From IMG/VR virus record IMGVR_UViG_3300049828_000141, positions 1-47,304 of that record: DNA of 47,304 bases. One strand, given 5' to 3'. This DNA is from a virus. Taxonomy: Duplodnaviria; Caudoviricetes. The position numbers were made by a program, and so were the translations under genes. Numbering within the stretch: position 1 is the first letter of the stretch; each line of letters opens with the position of its first letter. A model generated the notes under the pieces. That model worked only from the letters and a program-made list of their open reading frames with translations. It made no database searches and had not been told where the DNA came from. Shown here one piece after another: positions 8,801-17,880 of the stretch.

Positions 8801-9228
8801 CCACGAGCAAGCCTGTAACGGACAGCACCTTCTGGCCGCAAAACATTTATAGGAACACGGTCGAGCCCACAATTAATTTCGCAAACGCGGCTGCGCGTAC
8901 TCGAGCAGGCTTTGCGATTACATCGGGACCGGGATTTCAGGACGCAGTAGCGTTGACTACTACTACAAGTGCCGGCAGTGGAACTTCATTAGCCGTAGCC
9001 GACGCCGGCTACTTCTATGACGGATGGGGCATCACCGGAGAAACCGGAGACTACATCAAAGTCGGCAGTAATGCGCCAGTCAAGATAACTGCAGCTAACT
9101 GGACAACTAACACACTTACCCTTGCTTCGTCAATTACTTGGGGAAACGGAGACGCCGTGTACTTTGCAGGAAACGATAAGACTAACAACGCTGGCACTCT
9201 GTTTGACAATCGAGGAGCGGCGCAATAA
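5875..9228 (+). CDS. Large virion-associated protein: beta-propeller-like N-terminal half and right-handed beta-helix (pectate-lyase/depolymerase-like) C-terminal half
   Basis: 1117 aa. AVQPGQVIELR..SGTASQPITLR followed by NVLIENSTI / NIIMRNCEF / VLLEDCDF / LIEDCII beta-helix rungs; ANGGHSGYQGNE motif near the N-terminus. Confidence 0.65.
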   Translation: MPQTTKTIVFQVAAQPPPVTAPSWFTSLPYLQWTPVAAGVTNNLSPEFNNTTLAAWQRGKAIKEEVPPPPYQGNQSPDDIIQAGNGAAIDQTAKEMWLVANGGHSGYQGNESYRLVLNTATPYWQRVTDPTPFADLNWHFDTDPVTQPEQNQYWSRNQLLDPGNGFLASGGRTWNGPTAGSTYQIQDYPSCAGDGASTNTSRQQWRPWTITNLNDINDRPRTMHTVHTPWHANGKVWFPLQNSVDDGTGPSHNVVLSFNSTAVKAGTIPRPFSPGRDVWDYYRTVTELGTSGNLMGCSAFDSSTNRVWYHASNEPTFYSVNTNPGTEGTYRAYVDPNTINSRYTIAASAICPVAGRRLWVVLCTDANHNNGIRVFNLDLLEAAAVGSAVTTSMVQAIDNVPTIANKSWNWNHPVAGDQKKGWGMVWHEPNKAFLLYSCDDMNDGTARSRNLRRLTPPLVNDAYDPNGTWVCDEVEITGTLPTFVTGAPGSTSRSISGCSFTRFNIINDMGNGESMLVQQGNYDTPCFVCRLPNSRLPSYPTTLAPANYVVFNDGGLSGGNVGEIVVANIAAAVTAVQPGQVIELRNRVAGAATWAQVINLNKSGTASQPITLRVREGDSVRLKASGTLLSITGSYTVVRGNTTGRLGLELGDPAEWVVSPPSTTNNGQGYTQTNGLYVQSCSNVLIENSTIHGAKQYYANVLHGTASNIIMRNCEFSKHGTIQRASGGNSGDTLNVSSKRVLLEDCDFSLGGHNNIFVAGPYFVARRCTFDGNWVGQGTDYTGCRPADFGGGTTSNRIPESAWPGEYGPQLIEDCIIKNAGTSQNDTVGGPANNDPGHKLESYRPIFRGNFYYDNRSQIWQGPGYGGLGASATGEVMSRGYLYHNTSYSSGGVWRNISSTLAEYSDDQREYRLVNNVFALLGNGRPNTGEAQDVNVVKWDDKTPLGGYTNGWKGSVWRDNIFSGPATLKNFQLTQSTSKPVTDSTFWPQNIYRNTVEPTINFANAAARTRAGFAITSGPGFQDAVALTTTTSAGSGTSLAVADAGYFYDGWGITGETGDYIKVGSNAPVKITAANWTTNTLTLASSITWGNGDAVYFAGNDKTNNAGTLFDNRGAAQ

Positions 9229-9968
9229 TGGCTGTCACGTTTATTTCTGTGGGTACGCCTCGTCAAGGCAACGCAGCGACGTTTGATAACATCTCTCTGC
9301 CTCCGTCATATGCCGTAGGTGATTTACTTGTGTTGGCGGCGCTAGCCCGCACATCATCTGAGACTATAACTGTAGACAACGGCTACTCTCTAATTCACAA
9401 GTCCACGGGTTCAGGGCAGTCGTTGTTCGGAAAAATTGCAACCAGTTCTGAGGTCGCCCCAACAGCGACCTACTCAGGAACTACGCGGCACGTAGCGCAG
9501 ATTGCAGCGTTTAGGGGCGTGGATACTAACTTTACTTCGCCAAACGCCACGGCGCAGTCGAGCCTAGGGTCAAATACAGCACTAAACTATCCGGCGCTAA
9601 CGCCTACTGTGGACAATTGTCTAGTGCTGTACTTCGGCAGGTACACGCAAAACACAACCGGAAGCAACTTGTCTAGCGACCCTATCAGCGGGTTCACAGA
9701 GATTGGCGACGTACACGAGAACCAAGGAACGACTTCTTCGGTTTATTTTGTTTGGGACTATCAAATTCAGACTACCGCTACGGCCATCTCGTCTGGAAGC
9801 TGGCCTCTTTTAAGCACACCGGACGGCAACACACAGCAAACAATAGCCGTAGCTCTAGCAGCGGCGAGTGGCGGCGGAAGCTCTGCCACAATATCGGCGG
9901 CACAGAGATATGCTGATAATCTCGCGTTCGCCAGTTCTATAAACGGCGCAGGGCGCTATCAATACTAG
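9228..9968 (+). CDS. Ser/Thr-rich virion beta-sandwich protein
   Basis: 246 aa; TAATG coupling to the upstream gene; GDLLVL...AAFRGVD pattern seen in phage and surface proteins. Confidence 0.5.
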   Translation: MAVTFISVGTPRQGNAATFDNISLPPSYAVGDLLVLAALARTSSETITVDNGYSLIHKSTGSGQSLFGKIATSSEVAPTATYSGTTRHVAQIAAFRGVDTNFTSPNATAQSSLGSNTALNYPALTPTVDNCLVLYFGRYTQNTTGSNLSSDPISGFTEIGDVHENQGTTSSVYFVWDYQIQTTATAISSGSWPLLSTPDGNTQQTIAVALAAASGGGSSATISAAQRYADNLAFASSINGAGRYQY

Positions 9969-9986
9969 TATTAGAGGACTACACAA

Positions 9987-11744
9987 ATGGCATCAACTGA
10001 CAGCCGCCCAATTCCGATTAAGAACACAGCCTATAGGCTGTACTTTCCTATCTGGAAAAGCGACGGAACACTAATTACAACGTGGACCGGCATGGATTCT
10101 CAGGTGTCCAAAGATGGCGCAGCCTTCGCTGCTTGCACCAACGAGGCTACCGAAATCGGCACCACTGGTGTAGGTTATCTTGATTTGACGGCCGCAGAGA
10201 TGAACGCGGATGCAGTAGTTCTAAAGACGACCGTGACTAACACTAGCGCGATGCCTGTAGTCATTTCAATGTACCCAGAGGAAACTGGCGACATTAACGT
10301 CGACGTTACCGCTTTTGGCGGCACTGCCGGTACATTCGCCTCTGGCCGTCCTGACGTCAATACTACCCATCTTGCTGGAACGGCACAGACTGGGCGGGAC
10401 ATTGGCGCATCTGTTCTACTGTCTAACGGTACTGGCACTGGCCAAATCTCTCTTGCTTCTGGTAAGGTCGATATCGTTACGGCAGGTATCAACGCCATCG
10501 CCGACCAAGTGTGGGACGAGGCGGCTTCTGGCCACGTTGCCGCAGGCTCGTTCGGTCAAGCTCTACAGCCAGTGGCTTCTGGTACTGCGACAGCAGGCGC
10601 GGCCACATCAATCACTCTGGCAGTCGGTTCTTCGGCTACCACAGACTTCTACAAGAACGACCTTATCCGCATCACTGCTGGCACAGGCGCAGGCCAGTCT
10701 AGGTACATCACAGCATACAACGGCGGCACTCGCGTAGCTTCAGTGGCTACTTGGGCAACTAACCCATCCACTGACTCTGTGTACGTAATTCTAAGTGGAG
10801 ACGCAATCCCCGGTGCCACGGCTCCTACGGCAGCAGAAGTTGCGGACGCTGTGTGGGAGGAGATTGTAGCAGACCACGATCAGGTCGGCGGATCGGCTGC
10901 CGAGTACATGAAGGGGCTTGTCCTTCGTTCTGGTACTCTGCAGGCAGGCTCTACTGTCACGGACATTATCCTTGACGCCGGAGCCTCGGCAACCAACGAC
11001 CAGTACAATCGTGCTGGCCTAGTTGTCTGGGATACGGGTAACCTGAACAACATCCAGAGTTCTCAAATCTCGGACTACGTAGGTGCCACAAAGACTGCTA
11101 CGGTAGACCCGCCGTTTGCTATCGCCCCGTCGACTACGGCCTATCGGTTCGCAATCGTTCCTCTAGGCGTCGACGCAGCTACTACGACTGCAATCGCTAC
11201 AGGAGTCTGGGGAGCTACCCGTGCCGGTAACGCTACGGCAGGCAGCTTCGGTGAGTATGTCAACGCAGACGCTACGCGTATCTCAGGCTCAGCAACTCCT
11301 GCAGACCAGCTAGAGGCCATCCTAACAGGTAGCAACACCATTACGGCTAACGTAACGGGCAACCTGACCGGCAACGTCACTGGCTCTGTTGGCTCTGTTA
11401 CGGGCTCTGTTGGCTCGGTCACCGGCTCGGTGGGCTCAGTTACTGGTGCGGTAGGCTCCGTAACGGGCGGCGTTACGGTAACTACGAACAACGACAAGAC
11501 TGGCTACGCTCTGAGCACGGCTGGTATTGACGCTCTGTTCACTAGACAGCTAACTCAGTCTTACGCGGCTGACGGTACGGCTCCAACCGTAGCGCAGGCG
11601 CTAATGCTGATCCAGCAGTCAATCGGTGACTTCTCAATCTCTGGCACCACGCTGACGGTTAAGCAGCTTGACGGGACTACAACGGCAGCTACTTACACCC
11701 TCAACGATGCCAACAACCCAACCTCGCGCACTCGCGCCACCTAA
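9987..11744 (+). CDS. Repeat-rich virion fibre-like protein
   Basis: 585 aa with a GAGGA RBS. Three AxxVW motifs (two followed by AGSFG), two TxDxY...YxGxT modules and GSVT tandem repeats. Confidence 0.6.
   Translation: MASTDSRPIPIKNTAYRLYFPIWKSDGTLITTWTGMDSQVSKDGAAFAACTNEATEIGTTGVGYLDLTAAEMNADAVVLKTTVTNTSAMPVVISMYPEETGDINVDVTAFGGTAGTFASGRPDVNTTHLAGTAQTGRDIGASVLLSNGTGTGQISLASGKVDIVTAGINAIADQVWDEAASGHVAAGSFGQALQPVASGTATAGAATSITLAVGSSATTDFYKNDLIRITAGTGAGQSRYITAYNGGTRVASVATWATNPSTDSVYVILSGDAIPGATAPTAAEVADAVWEEIVADHDQVGGSAAEYMKGLVLRSGTLQAGSTVTDIILDAGASATNDQYNRAGLVVWDTGNLNNIQSSQISDYVGATKTATVDPPFAIAPSTTAYRFAIVPLGVDAATTTAIATGVWGATRAGNATAGSFGEYVNADATRISGSATPADQLEAILTGSNTITANVTGNLTGNVTGSVGSVTGSVGSVTGSVGSVTGAVGSVTGGVTVTTNNDKTGYALSTAGIDALFTRQLTQSYAADGTAPTVAQALMLIQQSIGDFSISGTTLTVKQLDGTTTAATYTLNDANNPTSRTRAT
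11350..11480 (+). repeat. Degenerate tandem coding repeat (GNVT/GSVT/GSVG)
   Basis: ggctctgtt/ggctcggt repeats encoding VTGSVGSVTGSVGSVTG. Confidence 0.8.
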
Positions 11745-11750
11745 TAAAGC

Positions 11751-11930
11751 ATGGCAGCTAAACATATCGTAACCCAAGGCCTCGCTCCCAACGGGAGCGG
11801 GGATTCCGGAGTCAAGTATATCGTTACTTGGGGACTTGGTTCCTTTGAAGTAAGTCTGCCGACAACCTCGGCTGCTAGAAAGCAGGCCTTGGCCCGCAGA
11901 TTTAGAGGTACTATGTATGGACGAAGGTAG
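11751..11930 (+). CDS. Small hypothetical protein (59 aa)
   Basis: MAAKHIVTQGL...KYIVTWGL internal repeat; fills the gap before the small terminase. Confidence 0.5.
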   Translation: MAAKHIVTQGLAPNGSGDSGVKYIVTWGLGSFEVSLPTTSAARKQALARRFRGTMYGRR

Positions 11931-12300
11931 CACCCCAGCAGTTCGACCTAGAGGGTTTGTTAAGGGTATGTCTGGTAACCCTAACGGTCGGCCAAAGGGA
12001 TCTAAGAACAAAATCACGTTGATGAAGCTTGCCTTGGAGGGGGACCTACGTACGCAGATGCGCCCCCACATGGCGGAGATTCTGGCCCAAGCCATTCAAA
12101 AGGCAAAGGACGGTGATCCAGCGATGATTAAGCTTCTACTGGACAAGACTCTGCCTACCAGTAAAGCGGCCGAAGATGATGCACCGGCTAAAGAGAAAGT
12201 GCAAATTTTTATTGACCGCCTTCCGGAGCGTGAGGGCAAAGCCCCTGTCATTAACGGCAGGGTTGTGAGTGACACTACTGGAGAAGATGACTATGTCTAG
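11917..12300 (+). CDS. Putative terminase small subunit (DUF5681-like)
   Basis: FVKGMSGNPNGRPKGSKNK motif; GAGG RBS; just upstream of TerL. Confidence 0.7.
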   Translation: MDEGSTPAVRPRGFVKGMSGNPNGRPKGSKNKITLMKLALEGDLRTQMRPHMAEILAQAIQKAKDGDPAMIKLLLDKTLPTSKAAEDDAPAKEKVQIFIDRLPEREGKAPVINGRVVSDTTGEDDYV

Positions 12301-12445
12301 CATTCCTACAAAGCAAAAGCCGGGCGGCGAAGTCGCTAAGACTAAGCCGGGCGTAACTCCGCGCAGCGCGCGGCAGCACAAGCCGGATCGTATTGGCCTG
12401 TCGCCAACTGGCGGCTCTGATAATCGCGGCAAGGGGCAGAAGTAA
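12293..12445 (+). CDS. Small basic peptide (50 aa)
   Basis: MSSIPTKQKPGGEVAKTKPG...; GGAG RBS; overlaps the terS stop. Confidence 0.5.
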   Translation: MSSIPTKQKPGGEVAKTKPGVTPRSARQHKPDRIGLSPTGGSDNRGKGQK

Positions 12446-12448
12446 CCC

Positions 12449-12775
12449 ATGGCTACTATTAGCAATCGTCGGCAGTTTGCTGCCGTATTCGACAACGTAA
12501 TCACCTATCAGGGTACTCTGGACCTAGGCAACGCTGCCACGGGCTCAGGCACCTTTGTCTCGGCAGACGTAACTGTCCCGGGCGCAGCTCTAGGTGACTT
12601 CGTTCTGGTATCACTTGGTCTGGACACCATCGACGCAGTAGTCGCTGGCGCAGTCACAGCAGCCAACGTCGTTACCGTAACCCTGCTCAACAACACGGCA
12701 GGCGCGGTTAACTTGGCTTCAACGACTGCCCGAATCGCCGTGCTGCATCCAGCAAGCACCGCCTTTATCGGCTAA
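12449..12775 (+). CDS. Small virion (head decoration/spike-like) protein
   Basis: 108 aa; VTVPGAALGDFV...AANVVTV pattern typical of small phage structural proteins. Confidence 0.55.
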   Translation: MATISNRRQFAAVFDNVITYQGTLDLGNAATGSGTFVSADVTVPGAALGDFVLVSLGLDTIDAVVAGAVTAANVVTVTLLNNTAGAVNLASTTARIAVLHPASTAFIG

Positions 12776-12776
12776 A

Positions 12777-14102
12777 GTGTCTATTGACTCACGCTCCAGA
12801 CTGGACTTCCAGCTGCATGATGGGCAGCTGGAGGTCTTTAATGATCCGGCAAGGTTCAAGGTAGTCGCAGCGGGCAGACGCTTTGGTAAGTCGTGGATGG
12901 CCTGTATCTCGATGCTCATTAATGGGCTACAAACCGAGAACTGGGCTGGATACGATGTTACCGATAAAGAGGTCTACTACGTTGCGCCTACCTTCGACCA
13001 AGCCAAAAAGATCATGTGGCCGCTCCTTAAGCGGCTTGGAAGGATGGAGAAAGAAGGTGGAGTCATCGCCAGCACTGTCGAGAATACAGCCGTTGCTACG
13101 CTAATTAACGGCCGTAGAATCTCGATTAAGGGCGCAGATAGGCCCGATTTGCTGCGTGGTGTAGGCTTGTCTTACGTCGTTCTGGACGAATACGCGTTCA
13201 TGAAGCCTGACGTTTGGCAGCAGATTATCCGCCCAGCACTGGCCGACGTAGAGGGTGAGGCACTGTTTATCGGTACTCCCGACGGCAAGAACCACTTCTA
13301 CGATATGTTTGAGTACGCCAAGCTGCACGAACCTGTGTGGAAGTCTTGGCAGTTCGAGTCTCTGACTAACCCAACGCTAAATCCGGACGAAATTAAGCAA
13401 GCTATCGAGTCATCGCACATGACGCTTGCCACTGCAAAGCAGGAGTTCGGGGCGTCGTTTAACGCTGGCGGAGGCACGGTACTCAACGAGAGTCTGTGGA
13501 AGTACGGCCCAGAGCCTACTGACGGAGACTGGTACGTGGCCGTGGACCCTAACGGGTTCTCCAAGGAAGGATCTCTGCGAAAGGGAGTTCTGAAGGTACG
13601 AGACGAGACAGCCATCGCTATCGTCAAGGCCCATCAGGGCGGCTGGTGGGTTAAGGAAATCATCACGGGCCAGTGGGATGTGCGCGAGACCGCGCTGCGC
13701 ATCATCAAGACCTACTCGGACATTAGGCCCATTAAGCTAGGTATTGAGGCCGGCACGCTAAAGCACGCCATCGAGCCGTACCTAGACGACGAGATGCGCA
13801 GATTTAACCGCTACTTTACCGCGTGGGACCTAACCCACGGCGGCAACAAGAAAGAAGACAGAATTCGTTGGGCACTGCAAGGCCGTCTAGAGAAGGGCCG
13901 CATTGTCCTGAACAACGAGATTGACGAAGCCAACAACTGGCAACGAAAGCTTATTGACCAAGGGTGTGACTTCCCAAGCCCCTTGTCCAAAGACGATATG
14001 CTGGACGCCCTAGCGTACATCGACCAACTGGCTAGTGTGGTCTATTACGATGGCGCTGAACTAGACACTTGGGAACCCATTGACCTAATTGCGGGCTTCT
14101 AA
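12777..14102 (+). CDS. terL: Terminase large subunit
   Basis: Walker A AGRRFGKS, Walker B VVLDE, IGTPDG coupling motif, RNase H-like AVD...DDMLDA. Confidence 0.95.
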   Translation: MSIDSRSRLDFQLHDGQLEVFNDPARFKVVAAGRRFGKSWMACISMLINGLQTENWAGYDVTDKEVYYVAPTFDQAKKIMWPLLKRLGRMEKEGGVIASTVENTAVATLINGRRISIKGADRPDLLRGVGLSYVVLDEYAFMKPDVWQQIIRPALADVEGEALFIGTPDGKNHFYDMFEYAKLHEPVWKSWQFESLTNPTLNPDEIKQAIESSHMTLATAKQEFGASFNAGGGTVLNESLWKYGPEPTDGDWYVAVDPNGFSKEGSLRKGVLKVRDETAIAIVKAHQGGWWVKEIITGQWDVRETALRIIKTYSDIRPIKLGIEAGTLKHAIEPYLDDEMRRFNRYFTAWDLTHGGNKKEDRIRWALQGRLEKGRIVLNNEIDEANNWQRKLIDQGCDFPSPLSKDDMLDALAYIDQLASVVYYDGAELDTWEPIDLIAGF

Positions 14103-16144
14103 TGCTAGATAACACACAGCCAGATAGTTTAGTGCTTGCTGCCCGTGACGACCGCAAAGGTGCGGACGAGCTTGTAGGGTGGGTAATGTCCCGAGTGGAG
14201 CGTTGGCGCCGCGCGCGTGACAACGATTACTCTGACGCGTGGACTAAGTATTGGTGCTTGTGGAAGGGCGACTGGTCCCCGATGCTCAAGGGCAAGTCCA
14301 GTGAGCGCTCCAAGCTGATCGCCCCTGCACTACAGCAGGCCGTAGACCAGACTCTGGCCGAGATGGTAGAGGCTACATTCGGTAAGTCGACTTGGTTTGA
14401 TATCTCGGATGACGTTAATCCAGAGGAACGAGCGGCAGCAGAAGCTAGCCGTGACCAGCTTATTAGAGACTTCGACAGGGACGGCGTGAGCCACGATATA
14501 CGCGAAGCCTTCCTGAATGGCGCAATCTTTGGTACTGGCATTGCCAAGCGCCGTGTTGAGGAGGTCGAGGAGACTGAGCTAGTCCCTGACGTCATCAGCA
14601 ACACCCCAGCCCCTACTCCTGTAAGCAAGCGCGTAAAGGTTACTTGGGAAGCCGTGCATCCCCGTAACTTTGTTATAGACACAGCAGCGTCCAACATCGA
14701 AGACGCTCTAGGGTGCGCGCACGAAACCATTCGTCCTCTGCACGAAATCCTTGAGAAGCAGTCTACTGGCGAATATCTACGCGGGCCAGTCCAGACTACC
14801 TCAAATTACACCACAACTCTGTACGGTCCCGATGGTAAGTCACTGGCCGTAGACAACGAAGACGGCGTATTCATTACCGAATACCACGGCCTAGTTCCGG
14901 CCAAGATGCTGGATAACGCCGTTCCAGAGGAGGAGAGCCCCTTAAAGGAGTTCGAGGAGCCTTCTGAGGACGACGAAGATTCTGACGATTATGATATGGT
15001 TGAGGCCATTATCACAATCGGCAACGGCGGCTCGCTCCTAAAAGCGGCCAGAAATACCTACCTGTACGAAGATCGGGGGTGGGTAGCATACCCCCACGAT
15101 ATAGTCCCCAATTCGTTCTGGGGAAGGGGCGTATGTGAGAAAGGTTACAACGCGCAAGCTGCGCTCGACGCTGAACTTCGTGCTCGTATTGACGCCCTCG
15201 GTCTGCTTACTTACCCTGTGGTTGGTGCTGATGCTACACGCCTACCTAAGAATCTAAATCTACAGATCACGCCCGGAAAGGTATTCCTGACCAACGGCCG
15301 GCCGTCCGAAATTATCGAACCCCTCAAGTTCGGCAACCTAGACGCCAACACGTTCCAGCAGTCAGGCGACCTAGAGCGCATGGTACAGATGGCTACGGGA
15401 GCGGTAGATACCGCAACCCCGATGGACGTCAACAGCCGCAACAGCACATCGTCTGGTATGTCGATGATTGCGGGCGCTGTAATCAAGCGCGCCAAGCTGA
15501 CTATGCACAACGTAGACACGCGCTTCCTAGATCCTTTGATCCGGAAGTCGCTGCTCGTATTGCAGCAGCTAGACCCAGAACGCTACCCAATTGACGTAGA
15601 GTTTACCGTTAACTCCACTATGTCGATCATGGCGCGAGAGTTCGAGCAGTCGCAGATGACCAACCTTCTGGCCATTGTACCGCAGGAACATCCTGCCTAC
15701 AACGTCATCCTGAAGGCTATCGTAGAGAACTACTCTGGCGCATCCAAGGACAAGATCCTGCAACAGATCGAAGCTGCTATGCAGCCGTCAGAAGATCCGA
15801 TGCAGCAGCAAGCCCAGCAGATTCAGATGCAAGGGGCTGTGGTTGAGATGCAGAAGATTCAAGCTGAGATTGCTCAGATCGCTGCCAACATTGATCTCAT
15901 CAAGGCCAAGACCATGAGTGAGATGATTAAGGCTGAGTTCGCGGACGACGAGGTCGAGATTAAGGCTGCTCAGACGGCTATCGACAACAAGTACGCCAAC
16001 ATCCAAGCGGCACAAGTTCAGCAACAAGCTCACCAGAAAGTCATGGATTTCCAGATGGAGCGTGAGCGAATGTCTCACGAATCCAAACAGAAAGACGAAG
16101 ATCGTAAAGTAGCAAAGCAAAAGAAGGACAGTAAACCCAAGTGA
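14102..16144 (+). CDS. Portal protein
   Basis: 680 aa directly after TerL; FGTGIAK and FWGRGV motifs; Gln-rich coiled-coil C-terminus like P22/SU10 portals. Confidence 0.85.
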   Translation: MLDNTQPDSLVLAARDDRKGADELVGWVMSRVERWRRARDNDYSDAWTKYWCLWKGDWSPMLKGKSSERSKLIAPALQQAVDQTLAEMVEATFGKSTWFDISDDVNPEERAAAEASRDQLIRDFDRDGVSHDIREAFLNGAIFGTGIAKRRVEEVEETELVPDVISNTPAPTPVSKRVKVTWEAVHPRNFVIDTAASNIEDALGCAHETIRPLHEILEKQSTGEYLRGPVQTTSNYTTTLYGPDGKSLAVDNEDGVFITEYHGLVPAKMLDNAVPEEESPLKEFEEPSEDDEDSDDYDMVEAIITIGNGGSLLKAARNTYLYEDRGWVAYPHDIVPNSFWGRGVCEKGYNAQAALDAELRARIDALGLLTYPVVGADATRLPKNLNLQITPGKVFLTNGRPSEIIEPLKFGNLDANTFQQSGDLERMVQMATGAVDTATPMDVNSRNSTSSGMSMIAGAVIKRAKLTMHNVDTRFLDPLIRKSLLVLQQLDPERYPIDVEFTVNSTMSIMAREFEQSQMTNLLAIVPQEHPAYNVILKAIVENYSGASKDKILQQIEAAMQPSEDPMQQQAQQIQMQGAVVEMQKIQAEIAQIAANIDLIKAKTMSEMIKAEFADDEVEIKAAQTAIDNKYANIQAAQVQQQAHQKVMDFQMERERMSHESKQKDEDRKVAKQKKDSKPK

Positions 16145-16461
16145 AAAACCCGAAACAGATTTCTTGGAAAGATCCAGTAGCGTACGAGGACGGCTCGGCG
16201 TTCACTGCAACAGATTTCCGAGCCTATGAGCTAGGGCACTCTAAGTCGACTACCCCTCCAGCTAACGCTCTATTGGCCCTTCCTGTGGCCTTTGGAGTAG
16301 GCACCTCACCTATCCCTGACCAAGTAAAGCAGACCCTAGGAACCTCGTTCCTATTTCTGCGAACGGTCGACTATACAGGGCAGACGTCCGTCTGGACCGC
16401 GCCCGTAGAGGTGCGTTTCACCGGCCGCCCTTTAGCTCCAGACTCAGTGACGGTATCCTAG
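16141..16461 (+). CDS. Stand-alone FN3-like protein
   Basis: ISWKDP..EDGS....DFRAYEL...LRTVD..GQTSVW resembles an FN3 domain. Confidence 0.5.
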   Translation: MKNPKQISWKDPVAYEDGSAFTATDFRAYELGHSKSTTPPANALLALPVAFGVGTSPIPDQVKQTLGTSFLFLRTVDYTGQTSVWTAPVEVRFTGRPLAPDSVTVS

Positions 16462-16492
16462 AACTGAAGAACTTCTTCAGGAGGATGTTTAA

Positions 16493-16744
16493 TTGACCCC
16501 TGAGACAATCAAATACTTCGATGATATGGAGCGTTTGTTCGGATCACAAGGTTGGAAAAACTTTGTAGAAGACATAACGCTCCGCCAACAGCAGGAGAAG
16601 TCCGACCTTCTCCGAGCCAAACAGACCGTGGATTCCATGACAATCGCGTTTGGCAGGAATGAAGTTTACCAGTACATCTTGTCCTTAGAAGACACACTTA
16701 ACGAAGTTAAGAAGCAACTAACCGGACAGGTGGTAAATGAGTAA
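16493..16744 (+). CDS. Hypothetical protein of the head region
   Basis: 83 aa; AGGAGG RBS before a TTG start; LFGSQGWK motif. Confidence 0.65.
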   Translation: MTPETIKYFDDMERLFGSQGWKNFVEDITLRQQQEKSDLLRAKQTVDSMTIAFGRNEVYQYILSLEDTLNEVKKQLTGQVVNE

Positions 16745-17006
16745 ACTGATTCTATTTGACTTCGAGTGTAGCGCGTGCAACACAGTCTTTGATGACCTAG
16801 TGAAATCCACCGTACACTCAATTGAATGCCCCACCTGTAAGGGTGAGGCTAAGCGTCTTGTGTCCAAGGGCCACCTTGACTACCGTATGGGAGTAAGCAC
16901 AGCTTTCCCCACGATGGCAGACAAGTGGGCTAGGATGCAAGAGCAAAAAGCGAGGACCGATAAGGGTAGTCTTGCCGATGGGGCACCTAACCTCAAGATG
17001 TACTAA
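16737..17006 (+). CDS. FmdB-like zinc-ribbon protein
   Basis: LFDFECSAC...CPTCKGEAKRLVS. Confidence 0.75.
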   Translation: MSKLILFDFECSACNTVFDDLVKSTVHSIECPTCKGEAKRLVSKGHLDYRMGVSTAFPTMADKWARMQEQKARTDKGSLADGAPNLKMY

Positions 17007-17055
17007 CCCCGGTCCATTTAACTATCTCCTTTACAATCGAGAGACAAAGGAAACT

Positions 17056-17880
17056 ATGAACGACTTGACTAATGGAGCACCCTTCTCCAGTAACGAAAAT
17101 GACTTCGACCTCGAATTTCAGGACGCAACCGAAAAGGTTGTAACTCCTAAGACCGAGGAGGAGCTGCCAGAAAAGTACAAAGGTAAGTCTCCTGTTGAGC
17201 TAGCAGCAATGCACATGAACGCTGAAAAGCGGCTATCTCAGGTAGGAAACGAGCTAGGTACCCTGCGCAAACTAGCAGACAAGGTACTGGATCTCAAGAA
17301 GGAAAATGCCCCGCCGGTGCCCGAACCTCGTAAACCAATCACGGTAGACGAGATTTTTGCGGACCCAGATAAGGCTATTCAGCAGACAATTGGACAGTCA
17401 GAAGTTGCCCGTAAAGCGGAAGAAGCAACCACGCGAGTTGACGATATTGAACGTAAGCTCGCGCTACGGGAGTTTGAATCCCGACACCCATCGTACAAGA
17501 ACGACCTAACAGATCCTGCGTTTCAGGATTGGGTGACTGGTAACGCTGCGCGCGTAGAGCTATTTCGGCGTGCAGATAACTTTGACGTAGCTTCGGCAGA
17601 TGCCCTGTGGCAGATGTGGGGCGAGTATCGTGAACTGAGTGAAGTCAGGCAGAAGCGGGAACAGGCAGCCAAGAAGCGTCAAGACACGCTGGCAGCCGGC
17701 AAGACCGTAGCAGACGCCTCGACCACTCCCTCAATCAACGGTCCTACTTACAGCCGAGCTAAGTTGATGGAGCTTCAGACGCGAGTGCATTCCGGCGATC
17801 AAGCCGCGCGTGCCAAGTGGGAAGACAAGACATTCCAAGACGAACTGCTGAGAGCTTACGCTGAGGGCCGCGTGCGTTAA
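17056..17880 (+). CDS. Capsid scaffolding protein
   Basis: Start moved to the ATG at 17056 (AAGGA RBS). LPEKYKGKS motif, helical, ends AYAEGRVR, directly upstream of the capsid gene. Confidence 0.75.
   Translation: MNDLTNGAPFSSNENDFDLEFQDATEKVVTPKTEEELPEKYKGKSPVELAAMHMNAEKRLSQVGNELGTLRKLADKVLDLKKENAPPVPEPRKPITVDEIFADPDKAIQQTIGQSEVARKAEEATTRVDDIERKLALREFESRHPSYKNDLTDPAFQDWVTGNAARVELFRRADNFDVASADALWQMWGEYRELSEVRQKREQAAKKRQDTLAAGKTVADASTTPSINGPTYSRAKLMELQTRVHSGDQAARAKWEDKTFQDELLRAYAEGRVR

Noticed and set aside
16972-17055. Upstream extension of the scaffold ORF
   Set aside because: The ATG at 17056 has the RBS, and the extension overlaps the Zn-ribbon gene.
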